Positions 25,527 to 32,000 of a stretch of DNA of 32,000 bases are shown here, one piece after another (the first letter of the stretch is position 1; each line of letters starts with the position of its first letter). The notes beneath the pieces are model-generated. The model was not told the origin of the DNA, did no database searches, and worked only from the letters and a program-made list of their open reading frames with translations. The position numbers and the translations under genes are program-made. The DNA is from Candidatus Saccharimonadota bacterium (lineage in GTDB: Bacteria; Patescibacteriota; Saccharimonadia; Saccharimonadales; Saccharimonadaceae): positions 60,001-92,000 of the forward strand of contig JAIUPJ010000001.1 in assembly GCA_020160975.1 (NCBI GenBank). The letters run 5' to 3'.

Positions 25527-26655
25527 CAACAATACATCAAGAATATATCTTGCTCGCCCTGACATACGAGGACAAGAACGAGTCTATGCTACAAACGCAT
25601 TAGAAAGTGGATGGGTTACGACCCTTGGTCCATATGTCGAGAAGCTTGAAAAAATGTTGGCGGATTATGTCGGGGTAGAGTCAACTTGCGCGACCACCAG
25701 TGGCACGAGTGCTATCCATCTAGCATTGAAACTTGCCGGCGTTAAACAGGGCGACATCGTCTTTTGTCAAAGCCTTACATTTTGTGCCAGCGCTAATCCA
25801 ATTATGTATGAAAAAGCTAAGCCTGTCTTCATTGATAGCGAACCAGGTAGCTATAATATGAGCCCCAGGGCTCTTAAGAAAGCGCTTGAGCTATACAGCC
25901 CCAAGGCTGTTATTATAGTAGACCTTTATGGTCAGTCAGCTGATATGGACCAACTTCTCGAGTTGTGTGCGGGACACAATATTACCGTAATCGAGGATGC
26001 GGCCGAAGCTCTCGGAAGTACCTACAAGGGAAAACGCTGTGGATCATTCGGTGCATACGGAATTGTGTCATTCAACGGAAATAAGATTATCACCTGTTCT
26101 GGCGGTGGAATGCTACTGTCTAATAACAAAGAACGCGTAAACAAAGCTAGGTTTTGGGCGACACAATCACGTGAACCAGTGCTACACTATGAACACAAAG
26201 AAGTCGGTTATAATTACCGATTATCAAACGTATCTGCTGCTATCGGTTGTGCGCAGTTTGAAAAGCTAGAAGAACGTATTGCATCTAAGAAGCATATATA
26301 CGACCGTTATGAAGCAGCGTTCGCCGGTCTTCCACATTTGAAAATGCTGCCAGTAATGGACGATCGTACGTCAAATTATTGGCTAAGTTGCGTGAAACTA
26401 TCGCCCGAGTCAAAAGTTCAGCCGAACGATATCATTGAAGCACTAGAAAAGAATAATATTGAGGCTCGGCCTATCTGGAAGCCGATGCATCTACAGCCAC
26501 TTTTTGAAGATTTTCCGTTCGTATCACACTATAGTACAGAGCGAGCTAGTGTGTCGCAGGAGATTTTTGACACAGGGCTATGTCTTCCAAGCGACACTAA
26601 CATGAGCGATGAAGATCAAGACAGGATTATTTCAATCATCAAGGAGTTATTTTAG
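25519..26655 (+). CDS. DegT/DnrJ/EryC1/StrS-family PLP-dependent sugar aminotransferase (PglE-like)
   Basis: 378 aa with the family-typical ...SFNGNKIITCSGGGMLL... lysine region and ...YNYRLSNVSAAIG.... It overlaps the dehydratase gene by 8 nt. Confidence 0.85.
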   Translation: MNNNNTSRIYLARPDIRGQERVYATNALESGWVTTLGPYVEKLEKMLADYVGVESTCATTSGTSAIHLALKLAGVKQGDIVFCQSLTFCASANPIMYEKAKPVFIDSEPGSYNMSPRALKKALELYSPKAVIIVDLYGQSADMDQLLELCAGHNITVIEDAAEALGSTYKGKRCGSFGAYGIVSFNGNKIITCSGGGMLLSNNKERVNKARFWATQSREPVLHYEHKEVGYNYRLSNVSAAIGCAQFEKLEERIASKKHIYDRYEAAFAGLPHLKMLPVMDDRTSNYWLSCVKLSPESKVQPNDIIEALEKNNIEARPIWKPMHLQPLFEDFPFVSHYSTERASVSQEIFDTGLCLPSDTNMSDEDQDRIISIIKELF

Positions 26656-26657
26656 CC

Positions 26658-27269
26658 ATGAACTGGTATTTAACCTGGGGGAAACGATCTGCGGACTTTG
26701 TCTTTGCCTTGATTATTTCAATATTACTTAGCCCAGTTATAATTATCGTTGCTATACTTGTGTTAATCAAACTCGGTAGACCTATCCTGTTTACACAACA
26801 ACGACCAGGTATCAACGGCCATATTTTTACTTTGTTCAAATTCCGGAGTATGAACTCTCAATTGAGTAAGGACGGGGAGCCTCTGCCAGATGCGGATCGC
26901 TTAAGTAATTTTGGCAAACTACTCAGGCGCAGTAGCTTAGATGAGCTCCCTGGGCTATGGAACATACTGCGTGGTGACATGAGCTTCGTAGGCCCGCGCC
27001 CACTTAGAGTGGAGTATTCACCTCTATACTCTCCTGAACAAAGCAAAAGACACAACGTCCTTCCAGGCTTAACAGGCCTGGCTCAAGTTTCTGGGCGAAA
27101 TGCACTCGATTGGCCAACCAGACTACGCTATGACGTAGAATACGTTGAAAACATAAGTATAGGCAAAGATATATGGATTATGTGGAAGACTGTAGGAACT
27201 GTTCTTAATCGCACAGGTATAACAAGTGAAACACACGCGACAATGGAACCATTCAAAGGTGAGCAATAG
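26658..27269 (+). CDS. Small monotopic phosphoglycosyl transferase (PglC/WbaP C-terminal 'bacterial sugar transferase' family)
   Basis: 203 aa. A re-entrant N-terminal helix is followed by RPGINGHIFTLFKFRSM, DELPGLWNILRGDMSFVGPRP and LPGLTGLAQV. Confidence 0.85.
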   Translation: MNWYLTWGKRSADFVFALIISILLSPVIIIVAILVLIKLGRPILFTQQRPGINGHIFTLFKFRSMNSQLSKDGEPLPDADRLSNFGKLLRRSSLDELPGLWNILRGDMSFVGPRPLRVEYSPLYSPEQSKRHNVLPGLTGLAQVSGRNALDWPTRLRYDVEYVENISIGKDIWIMWKTVGTVLNRTGITSETHATMEPFKGEQ

Positions 27270-27270
27270 C

Positions 27271-28980
27271 ATGAAGAAAACTAACGAAAAGAGAATACTT
27301 TTTACCAGCGTCGGCAGACGCGTAGAGTTAGTCCAAGCATTTAAAGAAGCTGCAAGGTCACTTTCTATCCCTTTGAGAATATATGGGACAGACCTCACTA
27401 CAACCGCCCCCGCCCTATCAATTTGCGATGAATCGATTCAGACCTGTAGGATTAATGATCCTAATTACATCCCATCTCTTCTCGAACTATGCGCCCAGAA
27501 TAGCATTGACTTACTTATTCCGACTATCGATACAGACTTACTCTTGCTTGCTCAAAATGCAAAAAATTTTGAAAATATCGGTACAAAAGTTCTAATTTCA
27601 AGTGAACGAGTAATAAATATTGCTAATGACAAAAGGAACACATATACATTCTTTAAAGATGCCAATGTGAATACTCCAGAAACGATCGACGATTATACTA
27701 AGTATGCCCTAGGCTTTCCTTGCTTTATCAAACCATTAGATGGCAGTGGCAGCAAAGATGCATTTTCTGTCAAAAACGCCCAAGAGCTTAAAGAGCACTC
27801 TAAGCGGATAGATAACTACATCGTACAAAATCTGATCATTGGTGATGAATTCACCGTCGACATACTTTGCGACTTTAACGGGAAACCCATATACATTACA
27901 CCGAGAAAGCGTACTCAAGTACGTGCAGGCGAGGTTATAGTAACAGAAATTGTTGACGACCCTGTCGTCGTAGAAGAATGTGTGTCAATACTTGCAAAAT
28001 TAAAAGCAATCGGTCCAATTACAATTCAGTACATCAAAGAAGAAAAATCTGGCAGTAATTATTATATAGAGATCAATCCACGCTTCGGTGGAGGTTCTCC
28101 GCTTTCCATGAAATCGGGAGCGCGATCAGCTGAGACAATATTACGTATTCTAAATGACGAGACGATTGAGCCTAGAATCAACCAGCAGCAAGGATCGGCT
28201 GGCGATATATATAGTCGATTTGACCAAAGCGTATTAGCTAACCCCAAAATTCAAATTGGTCATTCTTATGATGAGATACATGAATTACTATCTGCTTATG
28301 ACACGGTAATTTTCGATCTAGACGACACTATATACGATGAAATCGACTATATAACTAGCGGCTTCGAAGCTGTTGCGAAGCTAGTCCCATCAGTACCTGA
28401 TGCCTATGAACAGCTAATTGGTTACTTTAGAGCAGGCAAACCGGCAATTGATGAGCTTCTAAGGACTGCAGGAATCACAGACAATGGTATGAAAGAAAGC
28501 TGTCTGAATACTTACCGAAATCACACTCCTACGCTTACCTTAAAACATAACGTAAAAAACCTGTTAATGAATTTGCGCCAGGAAGGTAAAAAACTTGGAG
28601 TAATTACTGACGGCCGTCCGGAAGGACAGCATGCAAAAATCAAATCGCTCAACCTCATAGAGTATGTCGATGAAATAATAATCACCGATGAATTAGCAGG
28701 TTCTTCCGGTAACGTTTTGGATTTCAGAAAACCAAATGATATCGCATTTTCCCTCATGCGCATGAGGCTTGGATCAACATTGGATAATATGGTATATGTT
28801 GGAGACAACCCCGCAAAAGACTTTCAACCATCACGCAGCTTAGGCTTTGATGCAGTACACTTCATCAACCCCAATGGGGTGTACTACAAAAGCAAATTGG
28901 CGACAGATAAACGGCGCTTACTCGAAGAGACTATCACTCCATCCGAGAATCTTTCAGATAAAGAAAAAAGTGAAAAGTGA
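27271..28980 (+). CDS. ATP-grasp ligase fused to a HAD-superfamily hydrolase domain
   Basis: Start ATG 27271 (MKKTNEKRILFTSVGRR) lies 1 nt after the upstream TAG. The ATP-grasp blocks are FPCFIKPLDGSGSKD, YIVQNLIIGDEFTVD and YIEINPRFGGG. The HAD half from about 28300 carries motif I VIFDLDDTIYDE, motif II GVITDG, and motifs III-IV K...VGDNPAKD. Confidence 0.8.
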   Translation: MKKTNEKRILFTSVGRRVELVQAFKEAARSLSIPLRIYGTDLTTTAPALSICDESIQTCRINDPNYIPSLLELCAQNSIDLLIPTIDTDLLLLAQNAKNFENIGTKVLISSERVINIANDKRNTYTFFKDANVNTPETIDDYTKYALGFPCFIKPLDGSGSKDAFSVKNAQELKEHSKRIDNYIVQNLIIGDEFTVDILCDFNGKPIYITPRKRTQVRAGEVIVTEIVDDPVVVEECVSILAKLKAIGPITIQYIKEEKSGSNYYIEINPRFGGGSPLSMKSGARSAETILRILNDETIEPRINQQQGSAGDIYSRFDQSVLANPKIQIGHSYDEIHELLSAYDTVIFDLDDTIYDEIDYITSGFEAVAKLVPSVPDAYEQLIGYFRAGKPAIDELLRTAGITDNGMKESCLNTYRNHTPTLTLKHNVKNLLMNLRQEGKKLGVITDGRPEGQHAKIKSLNLIEYVDEIIITDELAGSSGNVLDFRKPNDIAFSLMRMRLGSTLDNMVYVGDNPAKDFQPSRSLGFDAVHFINPNGVYYKSKLATDKRRLLEETITPSENLSDKEKSEK

Positions 28981-28982
28981 AA

Positions 28983-30110
28983 ATGGCCAACAAACGCAAA
29001 AAAGTGCTATTTACTGCAACCGTTGACTCACATATATTGTCATTTCACCTGCCATTTTTAAAAATGCTCCAAGAAAACGGCTATGAAATACATGTCGCGA
29101 CAAATGGCGTAGTCAATATTCCGTACTGCGACGTAAGGCATACTGTTTCGTTTGAGCGCAGTCCGCTCAAGCCAAATAATTTGCGGGCTATAAAGCAGTT
29201 AAAAACAATTATCGACGATCAAAAGTTTGACATTATCCATACACACACACCGATGGGTGGTGTCGTGACGCGTCTAGCGGCCATGGGAGCACGAAAAAAA
29301 GGCACACGAGTCATATACACAGCACACGGCTTTCATTTCTTCAGCGGTGCTCCGGTGATTAATTGGCTTATATATTACCCCATAGAACGCTATTTGGCTC
29401 GCCATACCGACACACTTATAACTATCAATAAAGAAGATTATGCACGCGCAAAGGCACAGTTCAGGACCAGCGTAAAGTATATTCCCGGTGTTGGAATTAA
29501 CGGCAAAAAGTTTAGTGTAAGCTTGAGCGATGCCGAAAAGTCAAAATTACGAAAAGCTCTCGGCCTCAAAGACACCGATTTCGTTCTGCTCTACCCCGCA
29601 GAACTAAACAAAAACAAAAACCAAGTAACTCTGATCAATGCAATGGAACACCTAGCAACCAACCATCCAGACATTCATCTATTGCTGCCCGGCAAAGATA
29701 GCATGAATGGGTTCCATGGCAATCTCATAAATGAAAAAAATCTTGGCAGCAACATACATCTACTAGGCTTAAGAAACGATATACCGCAGTTATTACAAAT
29801 TGCAGATGTATCTATATCCGCAAGCCATCGCGAGGGTCTCCCCGTAAACATCATGGAAGCAATGTATGCTGGACTACCTATAATTGTTTCGAATAGCCGC
29901 GGAAACCGTGACCTGGTCGTCGATGGTCAGAACGGCTACGTTGTTCCCGCCGATGATCACGACAGCTATATTGCGAGGATTGAAGAATTATACAGTAACA
30001 AGTCAAAGCGCCAATCCTTGGGCAAGGCAAGTAAAAAAATGGTCGAGCCATATTTAATGCCAAAAATCATGGACCAGATGATTGAAATATATAAGAAGGT
30101 CTTAGCATGA
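28983..30110 (+). CDS. GT4-family (group 1) glycosyltransferase
   Basis: 375-377 aa. KKVLFTATVDSHILSFHLPFLKML...IHTHTPMGG is the N-terminal GT-B half. The E-x7-E-like region is SHREGLPVNIMEAMYAGLP. The start is ATG 28983 or GTG 28977. Confidence 0.85.
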   Translation: MANKRKKVLFTATVDSHILSFHLPFLKMLQENGYEIHVATNGVVNIPYCDVRHTVSFERSPLKPNNLRAIKQLKTIIDDQKFDIIHTHTPMGGVVTRLAAMGARKKGTRVIYTAHGFHFFSGAPVINWLIYYPIERYLARHTDTLITINKEDYARAKAQFRTSVKYIPGVGINGKKFSVSLSDAEKSKLRKALGLKDTDFVLLYPAELNKNKNQVTLINAMEHLATNHPDIHLLLPGKDSMNGFHGNLINEKNLGSNIHLLGLRNDIPQLLQIADVSISASHREGLPVNIMEAMYAGLPIIVSNSRGNRDLVVDGQNGYVVPADDHDSYIARIEELYSNKSKRQSLGKASKKMVEPYLMPKIMDQMIEIYKKVLA

Positions 30111-31207
30111 GTAACGAGCTGAGTCTGCTATTCTATGTTTCGACTTTCTTACTTTCGGTAGCTGCATTTTGGTATATAAATCAGTCTAAGAGCAGGCGAA
30201 TATTTGTATTTTCTTCTATACTTCCTCTTGCACTAATGTCTGCTCTTAGATTTGAAGTAGGCACTGATTTTACTGCATACGCAGATGGATATAGAATCTT
30301 GTCTAATCTTAGCCTGACAGAGTATATATCGACTTATAGTGATATATATGAAGTAGGTACTTATATCGTCGCACAAATTTCCAGCTTGTTGCCATTTTCT
30401 ACTAACGTTTTTTTTGGTATATTTAGTTTTTTTACTCTTTTTGTAGCGGCTCTTGCATTAAAAAAATATAATGTTTTTTACCCGTGGTTGACTATGCTCC
30501 TTTATGTTTTTATTATGTTCCCGACTTCTTTTAATGGGGTACGCCAGATGTTAGCTGTGTCGTTATTTGTCTATGCAACTACGTTTATTTTTAGCAAGCA
30601 GTTATGGAGATTTGTCTTTTTAATTCTGATTGCTGGAGCTTTTCACAAGACTGCATTGTTGCTTATTCCAGTCTATGCAATAGGTAGGATTTTCTATAAA
30701 CATAAAAAAATCAGTATTCGTAGTGTAGTCTCTATAGTTTTTATAGCATGTTCGGTAATCGTATTATCTATTTTTATAGTACCTAAACTTACTAGTGTAT
30801 CGTTATTTGAGAAATATGATACTTATCAGGTTGCAAGAGAAGCTTCGAGTGGATTGATCTTACTCCTTAAGTCAGCCGTGTTGGCTGTGGTGTTGTTATT
30901 CTATAGGTACATCTTCAAGTATCCCTATGCGGCCTTCTGTGTCGTTATGTCTATCATAGAAATAACTATATTGTATATCTATCGCAACTCTGTAGATTTA
31001 GCCAGGTTTGCTTTGTATTTCGCTCCTTTCTCGTTACTTCTCATATCTCTCGTACCTAGATCTTTTGGGCCTGGGGGCAGAGTTTTATCGTCCTTGCTAA
31101 TAGCGATATATGCTATGGTTCTGTTTTTCATATCGTTTTATGTACTTGGTGGTTCAGGGATATTTCCGTATCAATATGAACTAAGTGTTGCTGGAGTAAT
31201 AAAATGA
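30107..31207 (+). CDS. EpsG-family polytopic membrane protein (putative glycan polymerase)
   Basis: 366 aa with about 10 TM segments. LRFEVGTDFTAYADGY matches the EpsG N-terminal motif. The gene is very AT-rich. It has 4-nt overlaps with both neighbours. Confidence 0.75.
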   Translation: MSNELSLLFYVSTFLLSVAAFWYINQSKSRRIFVFSSILPLALMSALRFEVGTDFTAYADGYRILSNLSLTEYISTYSDIYEVGTYIVAQISSLLPFSTNVFFGIFSFFTLFVAALALKKYNVFYPWLTMLLYVFIMFPTSFNGVRQMLAVSLFVYATTFIFSKQLWRFVFLILIAGAFHKTALLLIPVYAIGRIFYKHKKISIRSVVSIVFIACSVIVLSIFIVPKLTSVSLFEKYDTYQVAREASSGLILLLKSAVLAVVLLFYRYIFKYPYAAFCVVMSIIEITILYIYRNSVDLARFALYFAPFSLLLISLVPRSFGPGGRVLSSLLIAIYAMVLFFISFYVLGGSGIFPYQYELSVAGVIK

Positions 31208-32000
31208 AAAAAAAATCACCCGAGGTCTCTGTCGTTATGTCTGAGTTTAATACACCAAAGGAGTACCTTTTTGAATCAATAAATAGTGTTTTGGTTCAAA
31301 CTTATAAAAACTTTGAGTTCATCATAATAGATGATAGCCATGACCAAAAATTAAAAGAATTGATTGAACAAAAATATGACGACTCACGAATAAAGATAAT
31401 AGAAAACGGTTACAATAAGGGTTTTGTGTACTCACTAAACAGCGGCATAAAACAGGCCATGGGTAAGTATATTATGCGAATGGATACTGATGACTTAATT
31501 CCGTCAGACAGATTTGAAAAACTTGTGAACTTCATAGAAGTAAACCCTCAATATTCAGTCGTTTCAAGTATGGCAGTTGAGTTTTCTGGAAAAATGAAGT
31601 TCGGTATCAACGGTACTCCTGGTGAGAAAAGCAGAAAAGATGTTATGAGGGGCGACACTCCAATTCACGCAGCCTCTATCATGCTTAAGAACGACCTGGA
31701 GGATATAGGTTTGTATAGAAATGATTTTCTTAGAGCCGAGGATCTGGCATTATGGTGCGAGTTACTGCTGGCAAATAAGAAACTTTTTGTAATTGATGAC
31801 ACTCTATATGAATACAGAGTTAATCCGGGTGACTATAAAAAACGAACCTTTAAAAACAGGAAAGGAGAAATCAGTGCCAGGCTCTATTTTTACCCCAAAC
31901 TAGGTGCTGGACCTATTGAATATTTGAGGATAATTAAAAGCATACTAGCTGGGTTGGCTCCAATGTTTCTTATTAGAATTTACAGAAGTAAAATTGCTTT
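31204..32000 (+). CDS. GT2-family glycosyltransferase, partial (runs off the right window edge)
   Basis: My translation from ATG 31204: MKKKSPEVSVVMSEFNTPKEYLFESINSVLVQTYKNFEFIIIDDS...MRMDTDD.... This carries the GT-A motifs (VVM..N, DD, DxD) and stays open to position 32000. It is not in the ORF track because it is truncated. Confidence 0.85.
   Translation, partial: MKKKSPEVSVVMSEFNTPKEYLFESINSVLVQTYKNFEFIIIDDSHDQKLKELIEQKYDDSRIKIIENGYNKGFVYSLNSGIKQAMGKYIMRMDTDDLIPSDRFEKLVNFIEVNPQYSVVSSMAVEFSGKMKFGINGTPGEKSRKDVMRGDTPIHAASIMLKNDLEDIGLYRNDFLRAEDLALWCELLLANKKLFVIDDTLYEYRVNPGDYKKRTFKNRKGEISARLYFYPKLGAGPIEYLRIIKSILAGLAPMFLIRIYRSKIA

Noticed and set aside
1-32000. I searched for integrase, transposase, restriction-modification, toxin-antitoxin or other defence genes that would mark the accessory-looking segments as mobile or as a defence island.
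   Set aside because: No ORF in any frame shows the motifs I would recognise, such as the tyrosine-recombinase R..H..R..Y, a DDE or serine recombinase, or methyltransferase or nuclease signatures. The island hypothesis therefore rests only on the flanking repeats.

Overview
The window reads as a compact, SD-using bacterial genome with the standard genetic code. TAG, TAA and TGA all terminate well-supported genes. The gene content suggests a reduced-genome, Patescibacteria/Saccharibacteria-like organism, but that is an inference I cannot verify. Content from left to right: (1) an alpha-glucan pair (partial GH57 plus a GT4/5-like synthase) and an MscS-type channel. (2) An atypical tRNA-Trp(CCA) followed by two tandem structured elements derived from that tRNA, and then a decayed gene remnant. 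(3) An operon of a 2,015-aa surface protein with a MacB/FtsX-type ABC pair. In the large protein a LamG domain is interrupted by about 14 propeller-like repeats and is followed by many FN3-like domains. A small ORF and an SDR follow the operon. (4) A decayed third tRNA-Trp copy abutting a decaying flavinylation module. Both the ApbE-like gene and the FMN-binding-domain gene are broken. (5) A VWA membrane protein, a structured intergenic region, and a second, canonical tRNA-Trp(CCA). (6) A doubly frameshifted gene, a ClpC-type AAA+ protein with an N-terminal McsA-like zinc ribbon, and DUF1761 and TfoX-N genes. These are interleaved with copies of a small minus-strand ORF family sharing a 'WQG' motif. 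(7) A visibly more AT-rich glycan locus. It holds Wzz, a PglF/CapD-like dehydratase, a DegT/PglE-like aminotransferase, a PglC-like phosphoglycosyltransferase, an ATP-grasp-HAD fusion, GT4, an EpsG-like polymerase and GT2. I saw no CRISPR array, integrase, transposase or recognisable defence system. The most unusual signals are the tRNA-Trp paralogy with its structured derivatives, which bracket the giant-protein/ABC segment, and the ATP-grasp-HAD fusion sitting where a PglD-type acetyltransferase would be expected.
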